Below are positions 21,234 to 30,108 of a DNA stretch of 64,000 nt, in pieces. Within the stretch, counting starts at the first letter, position 1; every line of letters begins with the position of its first letter. Where the stretch lies: sequence record MK047718.1. One strand, 5' to 3'. The DNA comes from Escherichia phage p000y. The position numbers and the translations under genes are program-made. The notes below the pieces were generated by a model. It saw nothing but the letters and a program-made list of their open reading frames with translations. It made no database searches and was not told the origin of the DNA.

Positions 21234-21836
21234 ATGCGAAACCAAAATAATGATATTGACTCAATGTTCGAAGAGTTCCGAGATAAGGTAAATCCACCTA
21301 CGTCTTTAGTTGATTCATTACGATATGTTGCAACTGGACGTAAATGGTACTGGTCGTCTTCTTATGAGACTACTGAGAAAACGGCTAGCCATAGCAGAAA
21401 ATCTTTATTAGCCCCAGGTATTATGATTCATGATATCGGAGCTATTGCTAAACTAGTTGCAGACCATGATATTAGATTCACTGATTTCGTTGCTCCTACG
21501 TGGTCTGTTTGTTGTTTAAACACTGAATGGGAATATATCAGCGAACGCTCTGAAGATTATTATGGTTTTAGAGATAAGCTTTTAAGGTCTAACATGTTTT
21601 ATATCGATACTGAAGTTCTAGTCGATAATAAAAAATATTACTTTACGTTAATCATCGATTCCGAAACTATGTATGAAGGCAAGCCTTTGCTTAAAAGAGT
21701 TGATGCTTTAAGTGCTATTGATGCGCTTTATGAAACTATGGTTGTTAGTCCTAATTTCACTAACAATTTAATCCTTGAGCAATTTATTATGGAATGTAGA
21801 GAATATGTCAAAGCCAACCCTATACATGCCAAGTAA
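21234..21836 (+). CDS. hypothetical protein ending in FIMECR motif
   Basis: ATG 21234 with AAGGAG SD (track ORF begins at TTG 21213). Confidence 0.65.
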   Translation: MRNQNNDIDSMFEEFRDKVNPPTSLVDSLRYVATGRKWYWSSSYETTEKTASHSRKSLLAPGIMIHDIGAIAKLVADHDIRFTDFVAPTWSVCCLNTEWEYISERSEDYYGFRDKLLRSNMFYIDTEVLVDNKKYYFTLIIDSETMYEGKPLLKRVDALSAIDALYETMVVSPNFTNNLILEQFIMECREYVKANPIHAK

Positions 21837-22200
21837 GCCCTGGGCGTATGAATACAAGCGTAAATTAATCCCAAATGAAGTACTATTTGGCCCTATTTTA
21901 GCTTTAGCATTTTTAATCTTTATGATTATAGGAGCTGTTTTAGATTCTAGTGAAGTTATATCGTCTGATGCAGCATTTTCATTAATGTTCGTCGCACCAC
22001 TTATTGTACCGTTTTTATTAATGCCTATTAATTGGGTAGGATATTGGCACCAAGGCCGTCATCACAGAGCCCGATTAAGAGAATGGAAAGTTCAGTGCGC
22101 AAAAGCCCAAGCTCGGTATGATGAAGCTGTTAAAAAGTATGAATATGAAGAAGCTATGGAATTCGTTAAGGAAATAAGATGCAAAAGCCTCAACTCTTAA
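21805..22200 (+). CDS. membrane protein, hypothetical
   Basis: Hydrophobic segments; start uncertain (21805 or 21826), overlaps upstream gene. Confidence 0.5.
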   Translation: MSKPTLYMPSKPWAYEYKRKLIPNEVLFGPILALAFLIFMIIGAVLDSSEVISSDAAFSLMFVAPLIVPFLLMPINWVGYWHQGRHHRARLREWKVQCAKAQARYDEAVKKYEYEEAMEFVKEIRCKSLNS

Positions 22201-22538
22201 CCGTATGGCCTTCTCTTGGTGAGAACATTCTAATTTTTATTATGAGTATTGGCATGGGATTTGCCTTTGGATTAGTTGGATTTCTTATTGACGGCGTTGT
22301 GTTAGGATTTATAGGGAACACTGGTGGATTCACAGACCAATGGCAGGACTTACGGTATACCCAAGCCTTTGCATCCATCGCATCATTTTGTACTGTAGTC
22401 TATTTTTACTACGATTTTATAAACCACAACAAGAAAAATAAAAAGGTTTACGCTTCTCAAATGATTAGTTATAATGAACTCCTAGCTAGACGTGAAAATG
22501 AAACAATAGAAAACTTTATTAAGGAATGTAGAAAATGA
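22179..22538 (+). CDS. membrane protein with C-terminal FIKECR motif
   Basis: 119-aa ORF, two hydrophobic helices. Confidence 0.6.
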   Translation: MQKPQLLTVWPSLGENILIFIMSIGMGFAFGLVGFLIDGVVLGFIGNTGGFTDQWQDLRYTQAFASIASFCTVVYFYYDFINHNKKNKKVYASQMISYNELLARRENETIENFIKECRK

Positions 22539-22840
22539 GTAAGATTATTGAAATTAAAGTACCAGAGTTTAATGATGCCAAATCCGCTTCAGATGCAATT
22601 TATAAACTTCTGAATCAAGCTGAACGTATCGAAGAAGAAGCAACAAAGATCGCAGACCAATATGCAGTATCGTTTTCTGTAGGTGATTATGGTAGCGGTC
22701 GTACTTATTATCCTAAGGGTGAAATCGTATCCCAGTGGATGAAAGATGAAATTGAAAATAATGGCGGCGATGTTAAGCGTGAAGGTAATGGATACGTTAT
22801 TACTGAAGGTGCTTGGGTTTCGTCTTCTGCGTTGTGCTAA
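22535..22840 (+). CDS. tandem paralog 1 of 3, C-terminal WVSSSALC
   Basis: 101-aa ORF; shares C-terminal motif and junction sequence with the next two genes. Confidence 0.65.
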   Translation: MSKIIEIKVPEFNDAKSASDAIYKLLNQAERIEEEATKIADQYAVSFSVGDYGSGRTYYPKGEIVSQWMKDEIENNGGDVKREGNGYVITEGAWVSSSALC

Positions 22841-22849
22841 GGAATCATT

Positions 22850-23122
22850 ATGTCTAAAGAACAAACCGAACTGGCTGAAGCTGTAGCAAAAATCTATGCA
22901 GCTATTGAGGCTGCCAAAGAAATTGCTGATAAACAAAACACAACATTCAACTTGTACCCAGCTTATGGTATGGGTGGAACCTATCATTCACCCGGACATC
23001 TTAAAGCCGATCTTGAACGTTGTACAAAAAACGGCTATGCTGAATGGGCTGACGTTTACCAATACGACTACAACCTGAGCCTCGAAACCGGTGGTTGGGT
23101 CGCATCTTCTCACACTTGCTAA
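22850..23122 (+). CDS. tandem paralog 2 of 3, C-terminal WVASSHTC
   Basis: 90-aa ORF. Confidence 0.65.
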   Translation: MSKEQTELAEAVAKIYAAIEAAKEIADKQNTTFNLYPAYGMGGTYHSPGHLKADLERCTKNGYAEWADVYQYDYNLSLETGGWVASSHTC

Positions 23123-23131
23123 GGAAACAAT

Positions 23132-23329
23132 ATGTCTCGTGAATTAGATTGTGCTGTACGTACGGCAGTAGCTGCTCTGGAAAACCTGTTCCAAATTGCA
23201 ACAGAAGAACGCGAAGAAGTTACATTATGGATTGAAGATAACGCAGGTCTGAATCTCCAGGACGCGATCTCATTATCCCACAATAGTATTACTGTTCAAG
23301 GCTGGGTATCATCTAGTTATTCTTGCTAA
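23132..23329 (+). CDS. tandem paralog 3 of 3, C-terminal WVSSSYSC
   Basis: 65-aa ORF. Confidence 0.6.
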   Translation: MSRELDCAVRTAVAALENLFQIATEEREEVTLWIEDNAGLNLQDAISLSHNSITVQGWVSSSYSC

Positions 23330-23334
23330 AACAG

Positions 23335-23363
23335 TTTACAACAAGATAGGGCTATGTTATAGT
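23335..23363 (+). promoter_or_regulatory. early promoter cassette (TTTACA, 17 nt, TATAGT)
   Basis: Same cassette type as 16331. Confidence 0.55.
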
Positions 23364-23391
23364 AGTCCTATCAAATTAAATGGAGTCCACA

Positions 23392-23631
23392 ATGATTTAT
23401 TACGAAAGTATCGGAACTGAAGTAGTTGCTAAAACTATTAGTCGTGAAAAGTTTGCAAAGATATTCGATATGCGTTATAAAAAATCTGAACATAAAGGCA
23501 TCCGATTCGAAGATGCGCACTGTACAATTTGCCCTTATAATGAAGACATAAACGGTACAATCGTTCCATTGGTAGAGGCTTCACATGTTGACCTCTGGGA
23601 TGAATATAATATCGCATGTCGTGAAATTTAA
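23392..23631 (+). CDS. hypothetical protein
   Basis: ATG 23392 after GGAG SD (track ORF 23380). Confidence 0.55.
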   Translation: MIYYESIGTEVVAKTISREKFAKIFDMRYKKSEHKGIRFEDAHCTICPYNEDINGTIVPLVEASHVDLWDEYNIACREI

Positions 23632-23659
23632 GTTAATGAATTAATCCGAGGAAAATATT

Positions 23660-24616
23660 ATGATGTTAGTTATTGGTTCTCGTGCACTTCACTATCACGG
23701 TCTTATTGATTCTAGCGCTATTAAAAATAGTGATTGGGACTTTATTGCGGATCAATGTTCTTGGAATGCATTCAAAAATCAAATGATGGGTGTATATGTT
23801 CACCAAGATAACCCTGATGTCCAAGTTTTCAAATGCTTCCATAATGGACGCGAAACTCATTTTGAAGCATATATTGTTCCGGCAATCACTAATGTCCGTG
23901 AATTAGTCGGTGAACTCACTCCTGAAGATTTCACGTCTTCTTATGACCTTTTAAAATACGCCAAGAAAAATTTGACTAAAGACCGTTTGAACGGGTTTTA
24001 CTGGGCAACTCCCGAGATATGTCTTGCAATTAAGATGTCTCATCGTTTCAAGAAAAATAATCCATTCTTTTTAAAGACTATGAATCATATTCAGTATCTT
24101 CGTGGTAAAGGTGTTACACTGAACGATGAACTTACTGAAATTATGCTGAAACGCCAGAAAGAAACCTTGAATTATGCTCACCCAGTTCTTGACACTTCTA
24201 AAAGTGCGTTCTTTAAAGATGACATCTATACATATGACCATGATACTATTCATGAAGCCATTGCACTAACTGACCAGCCTGCTTATAAGTTTTATATGAA
24301 AGAAGGCTCAGAAGTTATGACATCACGCGAGAAGTTCGAATCATTACCAGAAATGGTTAAATTAGCCGGTGTATATGAAGAAGCTTGTGTATTAGCTCTT
24401 GAACGTTCACAGATTCCTAACGACTTTAAAATCCATCCACGTGATAGTTTTATGATGGCCCTTGAAAAGGTCTGTACATCAATCACATCAGGATGGTTCC
24501 GTGAGTTCGCTTGGGAAAATTATAGCAAAGTAGTAAGTATGTACCAAAGCTTAGGACACGACGATTACGTCAAGCGTTTCAAACAAAACTTTCATATGGT
24601 AAAACCTTTCAAATAA
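23660..24616 (+). CDS. predicted nucleotidyltransferase-fold protein (Pol-beta superfamily motif GS...SDxD)
   Basis: 318 aa; N-terminal VIGSRALHYHG...SDWDF fits the minimal NTase motif hG[GS]x(9-13)Dh[DE]. Confidence 0.55.
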   Translation: MMLVIGSRALHYHGLIDSSAIKNSDWDFIADQCSWNAFKNQMMGVYVHQDNPDVQVFKCFHNGRETHFEAYIVPAITNVRELVGELTPEDFTSSYDLLKYAKKNLTKDRLNGFYWATPEICLAIKMSHRFKKNNPFFLKTMNHIQYLRGKGVTLNDELTEIMLKRQKETLNYAHPVLDTSKSAFFKDDIYTYDHDTIHEAIALTDQPAYKFYMKEGSEVMTSREKFESLPEMVKLAGVYEEACVLALERSQIPNDFKIHPRDSFMMALEKVCTSITSGWFREFAWENYSKVVSMYQSLGHDDYVKRFKQNFHMVKPFK

Positions 24617-24629
24617 TTTCACAAAACAG

Positions 24630-24658
24630 TTTACAAGGTCTGTAGTTGTTGATACTAT
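24630..24658 (+). promoter_or_regulatory. early promoter cassette (TTTACA, 17 nt, TACTAT)
   Basis: Read from sequence. Confidence 0.55.
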
Positions 24659-24696
24659 AGACCTATCAAAACAAATGAGTGAATGGAGATATAAAA

Positions 24697-24897
24697 ATGA
24701 CTACTTTGAATAAACGTTTCGGTAAAGCTAAACCTGGTTGTGCAGCAGAACGTCGTTATGTTTTCGCTCAGTTAGAAGATGTAGAGTATCAGATTAATCA
24801 AGTTCACATTACTGGTATCGAGCCTATGTGTGGCCTTGAAGCTCTTCGTGAAGTTCGTGATGGGTATCGTCGTGACATCGAAGAAATGTCAAAATAA
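24697..24897 (+). CDS. hypothetical protein
   Basis: ATG 24697 after GGAG SD (track ORF 24679). Confidence 0.55.
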   Translation: MTTLNKRFGKAKPGCAAERRYVFAQLEDVEYQINQVHITGIEPMCGLEALREVRDGYRRDIEEMSK

Positions 24898-24898
24898 G

Positions 24899-24927
24899 TG
24901 TACAAACTGATAGGGCTATATTATAGT
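24899..24927 (+). promoter_or_regulatory. early promoter cassette (TGTACA, 17 nt, TATAGT)
   Basis: Read from sequence. Confidence 0.5.
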
Positions 24928-24955
24928 AGTCCTATTAAAACATGAGGAGAATATT

Positions 24956-25261
24956 ATGAAATTAGGCGAAACCAACCGAATTGGTCTTTTAACAATATTT
25001 GCATCACCTTTTTACGCAGCTCTTTCTGTTGCAGTATTACAAAAGGCTTACGATATGGATGGTGTTCCTGGTTTTGTATTCTTATCGCCGTTTTTGCTAT
25101 TCGTTGGAGCATTGTTATTATATGCCACGACTAGTTTCGACCATAATGTCTGGGTTAATTATAAATGTAAATTGTCTGAAGAAGAACATGCAGAAGCTCG
25201 TAAAAAAGCTATTGAATCTACCAATCTAGAAAATTTCATTAAAGAATGTCGAGGAAAATAA
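24956..25261 (+). CDS. membrane protein with C-terminal FIKECR motif
   Basis: 101 aa, two hydrophobic helices, GAGGAG SD. Confidence 0.65.
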   Translation: MKLGETNRIGLLTIFASPFYAALSVAVLQKAYDMDGVPGFVFLSPFLLFVGALLLYATTSFDHNVWVNYKCKLSEEEHAEARKKAIESTNLENFIKECRGK

Positions 25262-25262
25262 T

Positions 25263-25949
25263 ATGAATAGTTCTAAAACTTTTAATAGTCAAGCTCGTGC
25301 AGTTGGTAGTTTTGCACATAACGTACAAAATGACCGAATCAAAAATGAACCAATGTTCTTTAATTGTGATTTGGGTTTTGCTTGGGATAATGGTGGCTCA
25401 ATCACTCGTAGCTTTATTGCCAATCTCCCAATTGATTGGACTAATCAACATGTTGTATTTGATTCTCGGGTTCATATGCTGATGCCTGGTTGGTATCCTG
25501 CTATTCCTGGATACCACCATGACGATGTTCCTCGCCCTGATATTCCAGTTGGTCAACACTTTATTACTGCAGGACAACCTGACTATGACAACCCTCGTTA
25601 CCATTCTGAACATATTCTTGGTCTTGTTAACGCTGACGTGTGTCCTACTCATTTTGCAACAGGAACTGCAGAGTTCAGTCAGATTCCTGATGGCGAACTT
25701 ATCTATCGCCAGTGGCACAAAGAAGTCCTCGAAAAAATTGAAAAAGGTGAACTAGAGAAATGGGAAGCTCCAGATCGTACTCTTCTTCAGTTTGATTGGC
25801 AAACATGGCACACTGGTTCTCGTGCAATTAGTAATGGATGGCGTTGGTTCGGACGTGTATCTCGTAATACAGACCGAGTTAAAAAGATTACCAATGAAAT
25901 TCGTGTCAATGCTCAAGTTTATCTGGAATTCCCTATGGAAGGCTGGTAA
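25263..25949 (+). CDS. hypothetical protein
   Basis: 228-aa ORF. Confidence 0.65.
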   Translation: MNSSKTFNSQARAVGSFAHNVQNDRIKNEPMFFNCDLGFAWDNGGSITRSFIANLPIDWTNQHVVFDSRVHMLMPGWYPAIPGYHHDDVPRPDIPVGQHFITAGQPDYDNPRYHSEHILGLVNADVCPTHFATGTAEFSQIPDGELIYRQWHKEVLEKIEKGELEKWEAPDRTLLQFDWQTWHTGSRAISNGWRWFGRVSRNTDRVKKITNEIRVNAQVYLEFPMEGW

Positions 25950-26440
25950 TGATTAACAAAACATATTGGTCTAATATAGACGATGGCAATGAAGGTATTT
26001 CATACTATTCAGTAGATTGGACAGGATGTCCATCCTACTTAGTGAAACATATTTGCCAAGAATTTAAAATCGACCAGCCAGCAGGTATTATCGTGAACAG
26101 ATACATTAATGGATATCAACCTATCGATGAAGTAATACGAACAACTCAAGCTGAGCTTGAAAAGTTTTTCAATAAGTGCCAATGGATAACAGGATGGATT
26201 ATATTTGTACCGTCGGTATGGTTTTTTAGTACTAAGGTGAGTTCTTTCGGTTTTGTTGATATTATTGCTATCTTATTAGCATCTACTATCGTAAGTATTA
26301 TTGGTGGTATTATTGGTGGAGGTACTGTAGGCATCATTATTAATCTTGTTAAAAGTAGTTTACAGGAACGTAAAGACAAGATAAAGGCCAAGAATAATGA
26401 AGTTGAACGTTTTATTACCGAATGCAGGAATTTGAGATGA
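25949..26440 (+). CDS. membrane protein with C-terminal FITECR motif
   Basis: 163 aa, hydrophobic core with G-rich helix. Confidence 0.65.
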   Translation: MINKTYWSNIDDGNEGISYYSVDWTGCPSYLVKHICQEFKIDQPAGIIVNRYINGYQPIDEVIRTTQAELEKFFNKCQWITGWIIFVPSVWFFSTKVSSFGFVDIIAILLASTIVSIIGGIIGGGTVGIIINLVKSSLQERKDKIKAKNNEVERFITECRNLR

Positions 26441-26673
26441 GTATAGCAATTTACATTAAATCAGAATCATGTGATAGTTATCTGTACACATACGATAAAG
26501 ATGTGTCAGAAGAAAAAATCAAAGACGACCTTAATATGGACCTTGATATGTTCTGTCCTATTGCAGATTACAAACTTGCGGTCTCTAATAGTGAAAGTCC
26601 ATCTAAAGAAACGCGCATTGAAGAATTTATGTCCGAATTAATGGCCAAATCATGGGACCGAGATGATGAGTAA
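26437..26673 (+). CDS. hypothetical protein
   Basis: ATGA start/stop overlap with upstream gene (track ORF 26422). Confidence 0.55.
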   Translation: MSIAIYIKSESCDSYLYTYDKDVSEEKIKDDLNMDLDMFCPIADYKLAVSNSESPSKETRIEEFMSELMAKSWDRDDE

Positions 26674-27121
26674 GAAAAATAAAGTGAAAGAACTATCAGC
26701 CGGTATTATTTTCCTTACCGAAGATAAAGAATTATTCATGGGGCGTGTAACTGGTTCTCGTCCTAAAGGTGCATTAGCTCATCGGTGGGATATTCCTAAA
26801 GGACGTGTCGAGCCCGGTGAATCTCCTATTGAAGCCGCTATTCGCGAATGCGAAGAAGAAACTGGGTTTACACAATATGACCCTGCCTTCCTGAAAGACC
26901 TAGGTGAACATAATTACTCAGACAATAAGAATATTCATCTGTTCCTATATACCATCCCTGTAGAGCACGAGCAATTCAGAAACAGTGTTTGTAATTCATA
27001 TCATACATTCCCAGACGGACGACAGATTCCTGAATTTGATGCATTCGCTTTAATTAAACCTTCTCAATGGGAATATGTAATGGGCAAATCATTATATAAG
27101 GTGCTCACTACCCTCCTATAA
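26663..27121 (+). CDS. nudE: Nudix hydrolase NudE (e.1)
   Basis: 152 aa; Nudix box GRVEPGESPIEAAIRECEEETGF; position upstream of e as in T4. Confidence 0.85.
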   Translation: MMSKKNKVKELSAGIIFLTEDKELFMGRVTGSRPKGALAHRWDIPKGRVEPGESPIEAAIRECEEETGFTQYDPAFLKDLGEHNYSDNKNIHLFLYTIPVEHEQFRNSVCNSYHTFPDGRQIPEFDAFALIKPSQWEYVMGKSLYKVLTTLL

Positions 27122-27129
27122 GTAATAAA

Positions 27130-27153
27130 TACCTCCTATAAACGTGGGAGGTA
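27130..27153 (+). promoter_or_regulatory. hairpin sequestering the lysozyme SD, with late-promoter-like TATAAA in the loop
   Basis: Inverted repeat TACCTCC/GGAGGTA; 3' arm contains the e Shine-Dalgarno; same architecture as described for T4 e. Confidence 0.5.
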
Positions 27154-27155
27154 TT

Positions 27156-27644
27156 ATGAATATATTTGAAATGCTTCGTAATGACGAAGGTCTTAGACTG
27201 ACTTTATACAAAGACACCGAAGGCTTTTGGACGATTGGCATAGGCCATTTAGTAACAAAGAACCCGTCTTTAGCCGTAGCTAAAGCTGAACTTGACAGAA
27301 TGATCGGTCGTAAATGCAACGGTACAATTACCCTTGATGAGGCTGAAAAGCTATTTAATGAAGACGTTGATAAAGCCGTTCGCGGAATCTTGGGTAATGC
27401 TAAACTTAAACCGGTGTATGATTCTTTAGATGCGGTTCGTCGATGTGCATTGGTCAATATGGTCTTCCAAATGGGTGTAGCAGGCGTCGCCGGTTTTACT
27501 AATTCTCTTCGTATGCTTCAACAGAAACGTTGGGACGAAGCGGCAGTAAATCTAGCCCAATCTAAATGGTATCGTCAGACACCTAATCGCGCGAAACGCG
27601 TAATCTCAACATTTAAAACAGGAACTTGGAAAGCGTATATATGA
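27156..27644 (+). CDS. e: endolysin (T4-type lysozyme)
   Basis: [32 protein letters not shown]... near-identical to T4 lysozyme by recall; ATG 27156 inside track ORF 27144. Confidence 0.95.
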   Translation: MNIFEMLRNDEGLRLTLYKDTEGFWTIGIGHLVTKNPSLAVAKAELDRMIGRKCNGTITLDEAEKLFNEDVDKAVRGILGNAKLKPVYDSLDAVRRCALVNMVFQMGVAGVAGFTNSLRMLQQKRWDEAAVNLAQSKWYRQTPNRAKRVISTFKTGTWKAYI

Positions 27645-27922
27645 AAACATATAGTGAATTTTTATCAGAATCTATTCTTAACGAAGCTACCGACACATTT
27701 GCAACTAAGCTAGGTGCAGCTTTGGTTGAAGCTGAAAGTCTATTAGCACGTATTTCTGAACTTGCTAGTAAGATAGATACTCGCAAATTTGAACGTACCA
27801 GCGATATCGCTAAGCTTGAAGCCTTGTTGCGTATGTGCGATAAACCAGAAGAAATCGCTAAGAACGGCTCGCTGATGAAACAACGTCTTGAAAAATATAT
27901 TTCAGGCGCTTCAGAAAAATAG
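27641..27922 (+). CDS. internal-protein-like protein with capsid-targeting sequence
   Basis: [11 protein letters not shown]-terminus; ATGA overlap with e stop. Confidence 0.65.
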   Translation: MKTYSEFLSESILNEATDTFATKLGAALVEAESLLARISELASKIDTRKFERTSDIAKLEALLRMCDKPEEIAKNGSLMKQRLEKYISGASEK

Positions 27923-27924
27923 TG

Positions 27925-27953
27925 TTTACTTCCTCCAAGGATTTTGATACTAT
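27925..27953 (+). promoter_or_regulatory. early promoter (TTTACT, 17 nt, TACTAT) upstream of denV
   Basis: Read from sequence. Confidence 0.55.
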
Positions 27954-27980
27954 ACATTCATCAACTACTTGGAGGAAATT

Positions 27981-28394
27981 ATGACTCGTATCAATTTAAC
28001 ACTTGTTTCTGAACTGTCCGACCAACATCTTATGGCTGAGTATCGTGAATTACCACGCGTATTTGGTGCAGTCCGTAAACATGTTCAAAACGGTAAACGT
28101 GTAAAGGATTTTAAAATCTCTCCAACATTTATCTTAGGCACAGGTCACGTAACATTCTTTTACGACAAACTCGAATTTTTACGTTTACGTCAAATCGAGC
28201 TAATCGCTGAATGCTTGAAACGTGGTTTCAAAATCAAGGACACGACTGTCCAGGATATTTCCGACATTCCTGTAGAATTTCGTAATAATTACGTCCCGTC
28301 CGAAGCGTCCATTGCGATAAGTCAAGCACGCTTAGATGAAAAAATTGCTCAACGGCCGTCTTGGTACAAATACTATGGTAAATCAATTTACTAA
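27981..28394 (+). CDS. denV: endonuclease V (pyrimidine dimer DNA glycosylase)
   Basis: [12 protein letters not shown]...[16 protein letters not shown] near-identical to T4 DenV by recall; 137 aa. Confidence 0.93.
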   Translation: MTRINLTLVSELSDQHLMAEYRELPRVFGAVRKHVQNGKRVKDFKISPTFILGTGHVTFFYDKLEFLRLRQIELIAECLKRGFKIKDTTVQDISDIPVEFRNNYVPSEASIAISQARLDEKIAQRPSWYKYYGKSIY

Positions 28395-28401
28395 GGAAAA
28401 A

Positions 28402-28662
28402 ATGAAAATGTATCAAGAATTTATCATTGAAGCAGATGCCAAAGACCCCAAATTTAAAGTTAAAGCTTTCATTGGTGATGCGGAAGACTTTGGCTCATTA
28501 AAACGTAATGGGTATTCTTTCTTAGGTGGCGATGGTAAAGAAATCAACACCTATGCAAAACGTAGTGAAATTGCTTATGTTGTAGTAAGTCCTAAAGTAG
28601 ATGTTGACGATATTGGATACGATTTTAACAACTTCGGAATTATTTCTGGCGGTAAAGCTTAA
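28402..28662 (+). CDS. internal-protein-like protein with capsid-targeting sequence
   Basis: MKMYQEFIIE N-terminus. Confidence 0.6.
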   Translation: MKMYQEFIIEADAKDPKFKVKAFIGDAEDFGSLKRNGYSFLGGDGKEINTYAKRSEIAYVVVSPKVDVDDIGYDFNNFGIISGGKA

Positions 28663-28666
28663 ATTG

Positions 28667-28695
28667 TTTACGCTTAAGTATTAATATGGTATAAT
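28667..28695 (+). promoter_or_regulatory. early promoter (TTTACG, 17 nt, TATAAT)
   Basis: Read from sequence. Confidence 0.55.
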
Positions 28696-28726
28696 TACTC
28701 TATCAAAACAAACAAGGAAACAAAAA

Positions 28727-29041
28727 ATGAAAACGTATAAAGAATTTATTGCAGAATCCGCCAACCAACGCGTTGAAGGTGGTTATATTTGGATTGAACA
28801 AGTTGAGCCACCGAGCCGCACTTCTACAGGTAAATGGAAAATTACTGTTGACGGTCCTGGTGGTAAACGTAGGACTCTTAAAGAAATTAATGGGTACTAT
28901 GAAGAAGCTCTTTCGGATGCAGGAACTTACATGATGCAAATCATGATTAAAAACCCTGAAAACCGTTTTGCAGCTAAAGTCTTCCGTCGTATTGGTAATA
29001 AACTTTATGATGCATACTCTAAAAACTTCCCTAAAGAATAA
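28727..29041 (+). CDS. internal-protein-like protein with capsid-targeting sequence
   Basis: MKTYKEFIAE N-terminus. Confidence 0.65.
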   Translation: MKTYKEFIAESANQRVEGGYIWIEQVEPPSRTSTGKWKITVDGPGGKRRTLKEINGYYEEALSDAGTYMMQIMIKNPENRFAAKVFRRIGNKLYDAYSKNFPKE

Positions 29042-29066
29042 CATAAATTAAAACAATAGGAACAAA

Positions 29067-29396
29067 ATGAAAACATATCAGGAGTTTATCACTGAAGTTA
29101 CATTATCTGCGGAACAGAAAGCTGCTATCGAAGAAGGTAAGAATCCCAAAGTAACATATAAAGTAAATAGTAAAGGCGTTTTTGATGGCTTGGTTCAAGA
29201 CCCTGAATTGAAAAAAGCTCTTTCTAAAACTAATGCGTACTTTGCTCCTAAATTTAACGCAGCCGGTGTACTTATTGGATTGGATGTATTCAACTCTAAA
29301 GGTGTTCTATCTAATGCCTTTGGTTATGCCGCTAACAAAATTACCAAAGCCGCATGGGAATCCAATACCAAACAAGCTCAAAAGCCTAGAGTATAA
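29067..29396 (+). CDS. internal-protein-like protein with capsid-targeting sequence
   Basis: MKTYQEFITE N-terminus. Confidence 0.65.
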   Translation: MKTYQEFITEVTLSAEQKAAIEEGKNPKVTYKVNSKGVFDGLVQDPELKKALSKTNAYFAPKFNAAGVLIGLDVFNSKGVLSNAFGYAANKITKAAWESNTKQAQKPRV

Positions 29397-29568
29397 TTCT
29401 TGCCTAATAAAGGGAAACGCAACCTCTCCTCATGAACGTCGAGTCCTCTGAGTGATGTACCTTTTCCAACCTGTAATAAGGTCGAGCGCAATGCGGTAAT
29501 GGGTTTACATAGCGAGTCGAAGGACCTAACATGTGCCACGGAATGGCCCAAACCTTAAGAGAAATAAT

Positions 29569-30108
29569 ATGAGAACATTTTTAACTGGACCTTATCTATC
29601 CCTGATGAATGCTTTTACACACCATTCTGATGCTAGAGTAGAAGAAATTTGTAAGAACGGTTATGTCCCACCATTTGAAGACGTACTCAAGCAGTACTGT
29701 ACACTTCGTTTAGACGGCGGCCGACAATCAGGTAAATCAATTGCTGTGACTAACTTTGCTGCTAATTGGCTGTATGATGGCGGAACAGTTATTGTTCTTT
29801 CTAATACTTCAGCTTATGCTAAAATTTCTGCTGGCAACATTGAAAAAGAATTTTCTCGTTATTCTAGCGACGATATTCGATTCCGTTTATTTACTGATTC
29901 TGTTCGTAGTTTTATTGGCAATGAAGGTTCTAAATTCCGTGGATTAACGCTTTCTCGTATTCTGTATATAATTGACGAGCCTATTAAAGCTCCTGATATG
30001 GATAAGATTTACAATGTACATATTAAAACAGTCCAACACTGTTGCAAAAGCAAATATTGCATCGGCGGTAATGCTCGTCCTCAATTTTTTGTGATTGGAA
30101 TGCAATGA
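29569..30108 (+). CDS. P-loop NTPase-like hypothetical protein
   Basis: Walker A GGRQSGKS and Walker B-like LYIIDEP; ATG 29569 inside track ORF 29533. Confidence 0.6.
   Translation: MRTFLTGPYLSLMNAFTHHSDARVEEICKNGYVPPFEDVLKQYCTLRLDGGRQSGKSIAVTNFAANWLYDGGTVIVLSNTSAYAKISAGNIEKEFSRYSSDDIRFRLFTDSVRSFIGNEGSKFRGLTLSRILYIIDEPIKAPDMDKIYNVHIKTVQHCCKSKYCIGGNARPQFFVIGMQ

Noticed and set aside
19528-21235. Minus-strand ORFs 19528..20037, 20497..20850, 20717..21235 and plus ORF 20745..21053
   Set aside because: Antisense or out-of-frame shadows of plus-strand genes that have SD sequences, promoters and sensible protein composition.
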